Source: an uncultured Piscirickettsiaceae bacterium
Lineage (GTDB): Bacteria > Pseudomonadota > Gammaproteobacteria > GCF-002020875
NCBI GenBank assembly: GCA_964344435.1
Contig: CAYFNH010000004.1
Coordinates: 1 to 56,931, forward strand
Length of the DNA stretch: 56,931 nt
Direction of reading: 5' to 3'
The notes beneath the pieces were generated by a model. It saw only the letters and a program-made list of their open reading frames with translations, was not told the origin of the DNA and did no database searches. A program made the translations under genes and the position numbers. Positions 20,313-29,793 of the stretch are shown here, piece by piece. The stretch's first letter is position 1; each line of letters opens with the position of its first letter.

Positions 20313-21650
20313 ATGTTTTCCCTCTTCTCCAGCAGCTTCGCTCACGGTGTCCACCCGGCACACCACAAGGGGCAGACCGAGGACCTCAAGATCCAGCGGG
20401 TTCCTTTCGGAAAACGCTATGTGATGCCTCTGGGACAACATATCGGTGCCCCGGCGATTGCGGTGGTAAAGCGGGGGCAGAGCATACGGCGCGGTGAGTT
20501 GATTGCCAAGCCGGGCGGCTTTATCTCCACCGCACTACACAGCCCGGTAACCGGCACGGTGACCGAGATCAGCCCGCAACGTACCCTGGATGGCGCGCTG
20601 AAAGAGGCAATTGTGATCGAGGCCGACCCCTACTCCACCCAACGACTGGAGACCACTCCACCTCCCTCCTGGGAACAGCTCTCGCTGGAGGCCTTTATCG
20701 AGGTGGTACAACAGGCCGGGATTGTCGGTATGGGCGGTGCCGCCTTCCCCAGCCATGTAAAGTACTCCCTGCCCGAAGGGGTGCAGATCAAGGATCTGCT
20801 GATCAATGGTGCAGAGTGTGAACCCTTTCTCACCAACGACCATCGGCTGATGATAGAACGCCCCGAGGCGGTCATTCAGGGAACCGAAATTCTACGCCGG
20901 AAGCTGGGGGCGAAACGGGCCAGTATCGGTATCGAGCAGAACAAACCCGAGGCGATCGAGGCAATTCAACAACAGCTGAACCAGCAGCCCAGTCTGCCGA
21001 TCGAGGTAGCGGCACTGGAGGTGAAGTACCCGCAAGGTGCCGAGAAGATGTTGATCCAGTCGGTCTACCACCGAGAGGTTCCGGCCGGACAGCTGCCTCG
21101 GGATATCGGTGTTGCGGTCAATAATGTCGGTACCATCGTCGCCATTGCCGACCTGTTTGAGACTGGGTCACCACTGATCGAGCGTGTAGTTACCGTATCC
21201 GGCCCCGGTGTGGATCAACCGGCCAACCTGTTGGTACCGCTCGGTACTTCAGTACGTGATCTGCTGCGCTTTAGCGGTGGCCTCAACGACAAGACCAAAG
21301 AGATCATCATGGGGGGGCCGATGATGGGCTTTCCCATCGCCAGTCTTGACGTGCCTGTTCTGAAGGGCAGCTCCGGGATCCTCGCCTTTACCCGGGATGA
21401 GACCGCACGTCCACCAGAGTACACCTGTATTCGCTGTGGCCGCTGCCTGGAGGCGTGCCCCTACTTTCTCAACCCCTCACGGCTGGCCCTGCTGAGTCGT
21501 AACCGCCGCTATGAAGAGACCACCGAGTACCATGTCATGGATTGTGTGGAGTGTGGTGCCTGTAGCTATGCCTGCCCCTCCAATATCCCCATTACCCAGT
21601 TGATTCGTACTGCCAAGGACAATCTGCGACAACACCCGCTAGCAGCATAG
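20313..21650 (+). CDS. rnfC: Rnf complex subunit C
   Basis: QHIGAP, GMGGAAFP, NGAECEP, KYPQGAEK, GGPMMG and two CxxCxxCxxxCP motifs. Confidence 0.94.
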   Translation: MFSLFSSSFAHGVHPAHHKGQTEDLKIQRVPFGKRYVMPLGQHIGAPAIAVVKRGQSIRRGELIAKPGGFISTALHSPVTGTVTEISPQRTLDGALKEAIVIEADPYSTQRLETTPPPSWEQLSLEAFIEVVQQAGIVGMGGAAFPSHVKYSLPEGVQIKDLLINGAECEPFLTNDHRLMIERPEAVIQGTEILRRKLGAKRASIGIEQNKPEAIEAIQQQLNQQPSLPIEVAALEVKYPQGAEKMLIQSVYHREVPAGQLPRDIGVAVNNVGTIVAIADLFETGSPLIERVVTVSGPGVDQPANLLVPLGTSVRDLLRFSGGLNDKTKEIIMGGPMMGFPIASLDVPVLKGSSGILAFTRDETARPPEYTCIRCGRCLEACPYFLNPSRLALLSRNRRYEETTEYHVMDCVECGACSYACPSNIPITQLIRTAKDNLRQHPLAA

Positions 21651-21744
21651 GAGACACTCCACTCCATCACTTCAAACCACTGTTGACGACCATGTAGTAC
21701 CCCGCAGGTCACCTCAAACCAGACTCAAGACAAAGGATGTCCGA

Positions 21745-22800
21745 GTGAACAAGAATACCCCCATCACCTACTCCCCTCTTGGTAACAGTACGCTGCAGGT
21801 CTCCAATATCTGCCTTGGCACCATGACCTTCGGGCAGCAGAACAGTGAAACTGAGGCCCACCAGCAGCTGGACTATGCTCGTAATCAGGGGATCAACTTT
21901 ATCGACACTGCCGAGATGTATCCGGTGCCACCTCGTGCCAAGACGGTACACAGCACCGAGACCATCGTTGGCAACTGGCTCTGCAGGCAGCCACGTGAGC
22001 AGGTCATTCTCGCCTCCAAGGCGATCGGAGGTGGGCGTGGTATGGGGTGGGTACGCGGTGGCAACCACGCCTTCAATCGCACCAACCTGCGCAGTGCAGT
22101 GGAGGGCTCTCTCACACGCTTGAAGACCGACTACATCGATCTCTATCAGCTCCACTGGCCCGAGCGCAACACCCCGATGTTTGGCAACTACCTCTTTGAT
22201 CCACAGCAGGAGCGAGACTTCACCCCTGTGGCAGAGACGCTGGAGGCGCTGGCCGAGCTGATTGATGAGGGCAAGCTGCGCTACATTGGCCTCTCCAACG
22301 AGTGGCCCTGGGGACTGATGCAGTTTCTCAATGCGGCTGAACAGCACGGGCTGCCCCGGGTAGTGAGCCTGCAGAATGCCTACAGCCTGCTCAATCGAAC
22401 CTATGACACCGCGTTACGGGAAATGTGCTACCGGGAGAATATTGCTCTGCTGGCCTACTCACCGCTCGCCTTTGGCCACCTCAGCGCCAAGTACATCACC
22501 GATCCAGAGGCTCGTGGCCGGGTCAATCTCTTTGACGGTTTTGCCCAGCGCTATCAAAAGCCCACTGTAGAACCAGCCATTCGCCGCTACGCTGAACTTG
22601 CCGCATCACTCAAGCTCTCTCCTGCCACCCTAGCGCTCGCCTTTGTCTACTCACGCTGGTTCACCACCAGCACGATCATTGGTGCAACCTCCCTGCCTCA
22701 GCTGGAGGAGAATATTGCAGCAGCATCGGTAGCATGGAACGATGAGCTGGAGGAGGCCATTGAAAACATCCATCTACAATTTTTCAACCCTGCGCCTTAA
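21745..22800 (+). CDS. tas: NADP(H)-dependent aldo-keto reductase, Tas-like
   Basis: CLGTMTFG, DTAEMYP, DLYQLHWP, IGLSNE and AYSPL motifs. Confidence 0.88.
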   Translation: MNKNTPITYSPLGNSTLQVSNICLGTMTFGQQNSETEAHQQLDYARNQGINFIDTAEMYPVPPRAKTVHSTETIVGNWLCRQPREQVILASKAIGGGRGMGWVRGGNHAFNRTNLRSAVEGSLTRLKTDYIDLYQLHWPERNTPMFGNYLFDPQQERDFTPVAETLEALAELIDEGKLRYIGLSNEWPWGLMQFLNAAEQHGLPRVVSLQNAYSLLNRTYDTALREMCYRENIALLAYSPLAFGHLSAKYITDPEARGRVNLFDGFAQRYQKPTVEPAIRRYAELAASLKLSPATLALAFVYSRWFTTSTIIGATSLPQLEENIAAASVAWNDELEEAIENIHLQFFNPAP

Positions 22801-22927
22801 CGACTACTTCACCCCACACACTCCAATCACGCCACCATTTGTGGCAAAATCTACCGTCCTCAATCAGCCTATACCAAGGATCGTATTGCCAGGCAGCTCA
22901 TAGCGTGATGCTCTGGCCATCACAAGC

Positions 22928-23953
22928 ATGAAGCAAGACCCGGATCTACTATTACAATCAGCCCCACTACTGAAGCAGGGGCTACAGGTACCGACCGCAA
23001 TGCGGGATGTACTGCTGGCACTGCTACCGGCACTGTTGGCGGGGGTCTGGTACTTCGGGCTCAGTGCACTGCTGGTGGTGGTAGCCTCGACCCTCGGTGC
23101 AGTAATCACCGAGTGGCTCTTTACCCCCAAAGAGAAACAGACAATGGCACCAGGAGATGGCAGTGCGCTCCTCACCGGGGTGCTGCTGGGCATGACGCTA
23201 CCCCCCGCCCTGCCGCTGTGGATGGCCTGGATCGGTGGTGCCGCCGCCATTGGACTGGGCAAGACCTTGTGGGGGGGGCTGGGCAACAATCTCTTCAACC
23301 CCGCCATTGTCGGTCGTGCCTTCCTGCTTGGCACCTTCCCCATTGCGATGACCACCTGGCACGTTGCCCAGGGACCGGAACAGTTCTTTACCCTCTACTC
23401 CAGCACCTTGGCAATGCCCTTCATGCAGGCTCCACCGATGGATGGTATCAGTGCCGCCACCCCACTGGGGTTGATGAAGTTTGAACAGACCGGCACCGCA
23501 CTGGATGCACTAATGATGGGGAATACTGCTGGATCACTGGGAGAGACCAGTGGTCTGTTGCTACTGCTGGGCGGGCTTTATCTGTTGCTGCGACGGGCAC
23601 TGGAGTGGCGTATTCCTGCCGGAATTTTCCTCTCTGCCGCCCTCTTCTCCCTGCTACTGCAGTGGATTGATCCGGTACGCTTCCCCGATATCAGTTTCAC
23701 CATCTTCTCCGGCGGCATGCTGCTGGGGGCGATCTATATGGCGACCGACCCGGTCACCTCCCCGGTCACCCCAAAGGGGGCGTGGTTCTTTGGTATCGGC
23801 ATTGGATTTCTGGTGGTACTGATCCGTAATTTTGGTGGTCTTCCGGAGGGGGTGCTCTACGCGATTCTGTTGATGAATGCGGCCACCCCGTTGATCAATC
23901 GCGCCACCCAGCCCCGTGTCTTTGGCAGAAGTACCGACAGGAGTGCAAAATGA
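22928..23953 (+). CDS. rnfD: Rnf complex subunit D
   Basis: GGLGNNLFNPA, FMN site DGISAATP, GSLGETS and MATDPVTSP. Confidence 0.94.
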   Translation: MKQDPDLLLQSAPLLKQGLQVPTAMRDVLLALLPALLAGVWYFGLSALLVVVASTLGAVITEWLFTPKEKQTMAPGDGSALLTGVLLGMTLPPALPLWMAWIGGAAAIGLGKTLWGGLGNNLFNPAIVGRAFLLGTFPIAMTTWHVAQGPEQFFTLYSSTLAMPFMQAPPMDGISAATPLGLMKFEQTGTALDALMMGNTAGSLGETSGLLLLLGGLYLLLRRALEWRIPAGIFLSAALFSLLLQWIDPVRFPDISFTIFSGGMLLGAIYMATDPVTSPVTPKGAWFFGIGIGFLVVLIRNFGGLPEGVLYAILLMNAATPLINRATQPRVFGRSTDRSAK

Positions 23954-24606
23954 GCAGGCCGGTAGAGAGCAAAGAGCCCTCCTCATTCCGCCTCGCCTCG
24001 ACCCTGGCGATTGCCGGGCTGATCTCGGGTATTGCTATTGTCAGCGTCTACGAGGCAACCCTGCCCACCATCACCCGCAACAAGGCGGAAGAGTTGCGGA
24101 CCGCCGTCTTCAAGGTGTTACCGGAGGTGACCGAGATGCGCAAGTATCAGTTCGAGGACAACACCCTCCGTTTCCGCAGCGAAAAGGGGGCCGACGAGAA
24201 TACCCTCTATGGTGGATACGACCAGCAGGGCGCATTTGTCGGCTATGCCATCCCCAGTGCCGGACCCGGTTTTCAGGACACCATCGCACTGCTCTACGGC
24301 TACCTCCCTGAACAGCGCAAGGTGGTCGGCATGGAGATTCTGGAGAGCCGTGAAACCCCCGGGCTGGGAGACAAGATCTACAAGGATCTCTACTTTGTCT
24401 CCAACTTCTCCGATCTTGCGATTGATCCACAAGTCGTCGTCGTCAAGAAGGGGCTGCGTGACGAGCCTCACGAAGTGGATGCCATTACCGGTGCCACCAT
24501 CTCCTCCAAGGCGGTGGTTCGGATCATTAACGAAGGGAATGCACGCTGGCTGCACAAGATCCCACCCCACGGTCTGCCCCTTCCTGCAGACAAAGGAGCG
24601 GAATAA
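23950..24606 (+). CDS. rnfG: Rnf complex subunit G
   Basis: N-terminal TM, ETPGLG and FMN-Thr site DAITGATISS. Confidence 0.92.
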   Translation: MSRPVESKEPSSFRLASTLAIAGLISGIAIVSVYEATLPTITRNKAEELRTAVFKVLPEVTEMRKYQFEDNTLRFRSEKGADENTLYGGYDQQGAFVGYAIPSAGPGFQDTIALLYGYLPEQRKVVGMEILESRETPGLGDKIYKDLYFVSNFSDLAIDPQVVVVKKGLRDEPHEVDAITGATISSKAVVRIINEGNARWLHKIPPHGLPLPADKGAE

Positions 24607-25280
24607 TGGCGATACCCAACAGCCCTTATGAAGAGATGATGAAAGGCCTGTGGCGAGACAACCCGGTCTTTGTGCAGGTACTGGGAATGTGCCCGATGCT
24701 GGCGGTGACCAACACCGCGGTCAATGCGCTGGCGATGGGGCTGGCTACCCTGTTTGTATTGGTTGGCTCCAGCTTTCTGGTCTCGATCATGCGCAGCCTG
24801 ATCCCCAAGCAGGTACGGATCTCGGCCTATATCATCATCATCGCCACCTTTGTCACCATTATTGACTACACCTTGCTGGCGCTGTTTCCCAAGATTCACA
24901 AGGAGCTGGGTGCGTTTATTCCTCTGATCACCGCCAACTGTCTGATTCTCGGACGACAGGAGGCCTTCGCCTCGCGCAACAGTGTTGGCTATGCGGTGAT
25001 GGATGCACTAGGCATGTCGGCCGGGTTCCTCTTTGCCCTGCTCGCACTGGGTGGCGTGCGCGAGATTCTTGGTGAGGGTGCCCTGTTCGGGATCAACCTC
25101 TTCGGTGCCAACTTTGAGCCCTGGGTAATCATGATTCTGCCACCGGGTGGATTCCTCACTTTGGGGCTGATTTTGCTGTTTTTTAACTGGGTGACAGAAA
25201 AGAGGCGACAGGCACAGATAAACTATCAGTTGGCGTCCAGTGGGTCGCCCGCGAGACGAATGGCAGAGGAGCGTTTGTAA
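24606..25280 (+). CDS. rnfE: Rnf complex subunit E
   Basis: LGMCPMLAVT, FIPLITANC, REILG and LPPGGF. Confidence 0.93.
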   Translation: MAIPNSPYEEMMKGLWRDNPVFVQVLGMCPMLAVTNTAVNALAMGLATLFVLVGSSFLVSIMRSLIPKQVRISAYIIIIATFVTIIDYTLLALFPKIHKELGAFIPLITANCLILGRQEAFASRNSVGYAVMDALGMSAGFLFALLALGGVREILGEGALFGINLFGANFEPWVIMILPPGGFLTLGLILLFFNWVTEKRRQAQINYQLASSGSPARRMAEERL

Positions 25281-25316
25281 TAACTATGATTGCTTACTTC
25301 TACTCGCTGTTTTTAG

Positions 25317-25412
25317 CTCCTTCCCCATTTAGGGGGAAGATTGGGATGGGGGTGAAATGTGTAACGAATCATTCTACCCCCACCCCAGCCCTCCCCCTTC
25401 AAAGGGGAGGGG
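25317..25412. repeat. Inverted pair of C/G-rich REP-like hairpins
   Basis: cttccccatttagggggaag..gggatggggg and accccaccccagccctcccccttcaaaggggaggg. Confidence 0.55.
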
Positions 25413-25437
25413 GTATTCCCCATGAGGAGTGTGCATC

Positions 25438-26028
25438 ATGACCGACGCCACGCTGCAGAACTTCCTCTGGATTTTTATCAGCGCACTGCTGGTGAACAAC
25501 TTCGTGCTCGCCTACTTCCTCGGTCTCTGCCCCTTCCTGGGGGTCTCGGGCAAACTGGAGACCTCGGTGCGGCTCGGCTTTGCCACCACCTTTGTACTGC
25601 TGATTACAGCGATCTGTGCCTGGACACTCAACACCTACGTGCTGCCCCACGCCCCCTACCTGCGGCTGATCAGCTTCATTGTGGTAATTGCCAGCACCGT
25701 ACAGTTCATCGAGATGCTGATCAAGAAGCTGAGCCCCTCGCTGTTCCGCTCACTCGGTATCTTCCTGCCGCTGATCACCACCAACTGCGCCATCCTCGGA
25801 CTGGCGATCTTTGCCACCAACCGCGAATACGGCTTCTGGGAGAGTGTGGTTTACGCCCTCGGGGCCGGCGGCGGCTTCACCCTCGCGCTGCTGCTGATGG
25901 CGGGCCTGCGCGAGGAGACCGAACTAACCGATGTACCAAAACTGATTCAGGGCACCGCCTTCAACCTGATCATTGCCGGTATCCTCTCGATGGCATTTAT
26001 GGGCTTTGCAGGACTATTCTCATCATGA
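25438..26028 (+). CDS. rnfA: Rnf complex subunit A
   Basis: NNFVLAYFLGLCPFLGVS and FLPLITTNCAILG. GAGGAG RBS upstream. Confidence 0.94.
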   Translation: MTDATLQNFLWIFISALLVNNFVLAYFLGLCPFLGVSGKLETSVRLGFATTFVLLITAICAWTLNTYVLPHAPYLRLISFIVVIASTVQFIEMLIKKLSPSLFRSLGIFLPLITTNCAILGLAIFATNREYGFWESVVYALGAGGGFTLALLLMAGLREETELTDVPKLIQGTAFNLIIAGILSMAFMGFAGLFSS

Positions 26029-26038
26029 GTTACGCATC

Positions 26039-26221
26039 ATGAATTATATTTTGCCCATCCTTGGACTGGTCGCTCTGCTCTTTGGCTGGGTACTGTTCCA
26101 GGAGTGGCTCAAGCGCAAGGATCCGGAGCAGTTCTACCGCCCCGGTTGTGGGGCCTGCGGCAGTAACGGCAGCTGCTCAACCGACCATGACAACCGCTCT
26201 CAGAGAGTACAACTGAAGTAA
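26039..26221 (+). CDS. Small membrane protein with CxxC...C tail
   Basis: MNYILPILGLVALLFGWVLFQ...GCGACGSNGSC. Fits exactly between rnfA and mdh. Confidence 0.7.
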   Translation: MNYILPILGLVALLFGWVLFQEWLKRKDPEQFYRPGCGACGSNGSCSTDHDNRSQRVQLK

Positions 26222-26237
26222 CCAACAAGGAGAGAAG

Positions 26238-27173
26238 ATGAGTCTACAGTCACGCAAGATTGCCCTGGTGGGTGGTGGCCAGATCGGTATGGCACTGGCC
26301 CTGATGATCACCGAGCGGGATCATGCCGAAGTGGTTATTGTCGACCTGCCCGGCATGGTTGACCAGATCCGGGGCAAGGCACTCGATATCATGGCGATGC
26401 GCCCCCATGTCGGGGTAGACGTAGAAATCACCGCCACCAGTGACTATGCCGAAATCGCCGATGCCGAGGTGGTCATTATCACTGCTGGAATTCCTCGCAA
26501 GGCGGGGATGAGCCGTAACGATCTGCTGGAGATCAACAAGGGGGTAATTGAATCGGTCGCCAAACAGGTGGCAAAACATGCACCCAGGGCCTTTGTGGTG
26601 CTCTCCACCAACCCGGTCGATACCATGTGCCAGGTCTTCCACAACAGCTCTGGTTTTCCCAAAAACCGGGTGATCGGCCTCTCCGGCGCCCTCGACAGTG
26701 GCCGCTTCCGCCTTTTTATCGCCATGGAGACCCGTTTCTCCGCCAAGGATGTCTCCTGCATGGTGATGGGTGGCCATGGCCCGGCGATGATTCCACTAAG
26801 CCGTACCGCCACCGTGGGCGGCATTCCGATTCAGACTCTGCTGAGCGAAGAGAAGATCCGCGAGATCGAGGAGCGCACCCGCCACGCCGGCACCGAAATT
26901 GTACAGCTGCTGGGGAAAGGCAGCGCCTACATCAGCCCCGCTTCGGCCATCATGGAGATGGTCGAGGCCTATCTCTACGACAAGAAGCGGCTGATCGCCT
27001 CCTCGGTGCTGTGCGAAGGGGAGTACGGCATTGATGACTGTTTTATCGGAGTCCCCTGCGTGATCGGCTCCGGTGGTGTGGAGCGAATTGTGGAGATGGA
27101 GCTGACGGCAGAGGAGCAGACCCATCTCCGGCACAACCATGAGATTCTGCTGGAGAACCTGAAACAGCTATAG
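26238..27173 (+). CDS. mdh: Malate dehydrogenase (LDH-like type)
   Basis: GGGQIG Rossmann motif, substrate loop PRKAGMSR with the MDH-specific Arg, LDSGR and GGHG. Confidence 0.92.
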   Translation: MSLQSRKIALVGGGQIGMALALMITERDHAEVVIVDLPGMVDQIRGKALDIMAMRPHVGVDVEITATSDYAEIADAEVVIITAGIPRKAGMSRNDLLEINKGVIESVAKQVAKHAPRAFVVLSTNPVDTMCQVFHNSSGFPKNRVIGLSGALDSGRFRLFIAMETRFSAKDVSCMVMGGHGPAMIPLSRTATVGGIPIQTLLSEEKIREIEERTRHAGTEIVQLLGKGSAYISPASAIMEMVEAYLYDKKRLIASSVLCEGEYGIDDCFIGVPCVIGSGGVERIVEMELTAEEQTHLRHNHEILLENLKQL

Positions 27174-27665
27174 CCCCCCACGCTTTCCAAACAGTGCCTC
27201 CATCGAATCCTCGGTAAACAGCTGCAGCGCATAGACCAACGCATCCTCACGCTTGCCTCCAGGCACCCGATAGTATGCCTTGCGCATGCCGATCTCGTTG
27301 AAGTCAAGCGACTCATAGAGAGCTTGTGCAACCCGGTTGGAGAGCCGCACCTCCAGAAACAGCATCTCCGAATGCTGTTTGCGTGCCTGCTCAATCAACC
27401 ACTGTAGCAGCAGCCGTCCCAGCCCCCGCCCCTGCTCCTCGGGCGAGATCGCAATATTCAGCAGCTGTGTCTCCCTTGCTGCGGTGGTCTGCACCGCATA
27501 GCCCACCATTCGCTGCGCCCTCTCCAGCACCACCAGCTCGCCCCCCGCCTCCATGGTATCGATGAAGATCTGGTTTGACCAGGGAAATGGGTAGACCTGC
27601 TGCTCAATCTGCTGAACTACCACCAGATCCTCCCGCTTCAGCGGGCGAATGGTGAAGCCACTCAT
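27168..27665 (-). CDS. rimI: Ribosomal protein S18 alanine N-acetyltransferase
   Basis: FPWS, LNIAI..QGRGLG, LEVRLSN, RKAYY and EDAL. ATGA overlap with the upstream gene. Confidence 0.92.
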   Translation of the reverse strand: MSGFTIRPLKREDLVVVQQIEQQVYPFPWSNQIFIDTMEAGGELVVLERAQRMVGYAVQTTAARETQLLNIAISPEEQGRGLGRLLLQWLIEQARKQHSEMLFLEVRLSNRVAQALYESLDFNEIGMRKAYYRVPGGKREDALVYALQLFTEDSMEALFGKRGGL

Positions 27666-28156
27666 ATGGCTTTGCAGATCCGTGTATGCAGCAACTTCAG
27701 TGTCTCCCACGCTGCTCGCTTGCGCTGCGGATGAGCCAGTAGCTCGGCAGGGTGTGGGGTATAGAAGCAGAACCCGGAATCCACCCGTTCCCCTCCCAGC
27801 TGCAGCTGGGCCACACTGGCGGAGGCCTCGATCTGCTGCAGCAAAAACGGCTGGAAGGCGTCATCCGAGAATAGCTCCGGATCCAGCACCACCAGTCGGT
27901 GGCATTGAGCAGCATCCACCTCGATGGCATACAACATCGCCGAAAGCAGCTGCTCTCCCGACCGATCCAGCTCGGTAGTGATCAGCATCAATGGGCTATC
28001 GACCTGTCCTTGTCGGCGTATCTGAGCCGTAAAATCGACCACCTCAACGGCATCGGATGGCGCTGACTCAACCGCTGTTTCTGACGGCACGCGGTCACGA
28101 CGCACCCATTGCTGGATCCCCATCGCCTGCAGATGGGGGGAGTACCCCCCACTCAT
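27662..28156 (-). CDS. Degenerate uracil-DNA-glycosylase-fold / HolD-position protein
   Basis: N-terminal LQAMGIQQWVRR and C-terminal HPAELLAHPQRKRAAWETL. Lies directly upstream of rimI. Confidence 0.6.
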   Translation of the reverse strand: MSGGYSPHLQAMGIQQWVRRDRVPSETAVESAPSDAVEVVDFTAQIRRQGQVDSPLMLITTELDRSGEQLLSAMLYAIEVDAAQCHRLVVLDPELFSDDAFQPFLLQQIEASASVAQLQLGGERVDSGFCFYTPHPAELLAHPQRKRAAWETLKLLHTRICKAI

Positions 28157-28227
28157 TTGCGCACCATCCAGATCACCCAGCCGAACAGCGCCACGATCAG
28201 AAACAGCTCTATGAATGCGAACCACAC
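28153..28227 (-). CDS. 24-aa single-TM small protein (MWFAFIELFLIVALFGWVIWMVRK)
   Basis: GTG start with GGGAGAG upstream. Stop overlaps the next ATG (ATGA). Fills the gap after leuA. Confidence 0.55.
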   Translation of the reverse strand: MWFAFIELFLIVALFGWVIWMVRK

Positions 28228-28248
28228 GGGCGGCTCTCCCAATACCCC

Positions 28249-29793
28249 CTACAACTGGGGATGTGCCCGCTGCTCGGGGGGTTCGGAAACCCGGTTTAGT
28301 GCGTGGATATAGGCCTTGGCCGAGGCGATGACGATATCGGTATCGGAGCCCTGCCCGTTGATCATCACCCCATCCTTCTCTACCCGGACGGTCACTTCAC
28401 CCTGGGCGTCAGTCCCTTCGGTGATGCTGTTGACCGAGTAGAGATCCAGTTTGGCATTGCTGTTGGCCAGCTTTTCAATCGCACCAAACACGGCATCAAC
28501 CGGACCCGCACCGGTCGAGGTTGCACTCTGCTCCTTGCCTTCAACCAACAGGGTGACTTCAGCCTCGGGAGTCTCTCCGGTTTCGGAGCAGACCTTGAGC
28601 GAGACCAAGCGGAGGCGCTCATTAGCCGCTGCCAGGGCTGCCTCGTTGACCAGCGCCAACAGATCCTCATCATAGATCTCATGCTTCTTGTCGGCCAGAT
28701 CCTTGAAACGGGCAAAGGCCTCATTGAGCTCTTCCTGGGTATCAAAATCATAACCGAGGTCGTGCAGACGACTCTTGAGCGCACTACGCCCGGAGTGTTT
28801 ACCCATCACCATCTTGTTGGCAGTCCAGCCCACATCCTCGGCCCGCATGATCTCGTAGGTCTCGCGCTGCTTGAGTACACCATCCTGATGGATACCGGAC
28901 TCGTGGGCAAAGGCATTGCTGCCCACAACCGCCTTGTTGGGCTGTACCGGAAATCCGGTAATGCTGGAGACCAGTTTGGAACAGGGGACGATCTGCGTGG
29001 TATCCAGCCGGGTATCACAACTGAAGAGATCCTGACGGGTACGCACTGCCATCACCACCTCCTCCAGCGAGGCATTACCGGCCCGCTCCCCCAGCCCATT
29101 GATCGTACACTCCACCTGGCGAGCTCCGTTGAGTACCGCCGAGAGGGAGTTGCCTACCGCCAGGCCGAGGTCGTTATGGCAGTGCACCGAGAAGATCGCC
29201 TTGTCAGAGTTGGGAATGCGCTCGATCAGACTACCGATCAGCCCCCCAAACTGGTGCGGAAGATTATAGCCAACGGTATCGGGGATATTGAGGGTGGTGG
29301 CTCCGGCATCGATCACCGCCTCCAGTACCCGACAGAGAAAGTCCGGCTCGGAGCGGCCCGCATCCTCTGGAGAGAATTCGACGTCATCGGTGTGCTGGCG
29401 CGCCCAGGTAACCGCCTTGACCGCCTGCTCCACCACCTCGTCGGGGGACATCCGCAGCTTCTTCTCCATGTGGATTGGAGAGGTGGCGATAAAGGTGTGG
29501 ATGCGCCCCCGTGCGGCCGGTTTCAACGCTGCACCGGCAGTTTCGATATCCTTCGGCAGGGCACGTGCAAGACCGCAGACGATGCTCTCCTTGACGGTCT
29601 CCGCCACCGCCTTGACCGCTTCGAAATCCCCCGGGCTGGCAACCGGAAAACCGGCCTCGATCACATCTACCCGCATCTTCTCCAGGGCCTTGGCAATACG
29701 CAGCTTCTCCTCCATATTCATCGAGGCACCGGGGCTCTGCTCCCCATCGCGCAAGGTGGTATCAAAGATAATTAACTGATCTGCATTACTCAT
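28249..29793 (-). CDS. leuA: 2-isopropylmalate synthase
   Basis: [34 protein letters not shown] and a regulatory C-terminal domain. Confidence 0.96.
   Translation of the reverse strand: MSNADQLIIFDTTLRDGEQSPGASMNMEEKLRIAKALEKMRVDVIEAGFPVASPGDFEAVKAVAETVKESIVCGLARALPKDIETAGAALKPAARGRIHTFIATSPIHMEKKLRMSPDEVVEQAVKAVTWARQHTDDVEFSPEDAGRSEPDFLCRVLEAVIDAGATTLNIPDTVGYNLPHQFGGLIGSLIERIPNSDKAIFSVHCHNDLGLAVGNSLSAVLNGARQVECTINGLGERAGNASLEEVVMAVRTRQDLFSCDTRLDTTQIVPCSKLVSSITGFPVQPNKAVVGSNAFAHESGIHQDGVLKQRETYEIMRAEDVGWTANKMVMGKHSGRSALKSRLHDLGYDFDTQEELNEAFARFKDLADKKHEIYDEDLLALVNEAALAAANERLRLVSLKVCSETGETPEAEVTLLVEGKEQSATSTGAGPVDAVFGAIEKLANSNAKLDLYSVNSITEGTDAQGEVTVRVEKDGVMINGQGSDTDIVIASAKAYIHALNRVSEPPEQRAHPQL

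Noticed and set aside
28303..29775. Long antisense ORFs (this one and e.g. 1698-2822, 6129-7001, 30782-31834, 32922-34061, 50808-51674)
   Set aside because: Shadows of well-supported genes on the opposite strand in GC-rich DNA, with no recognisable motifs.
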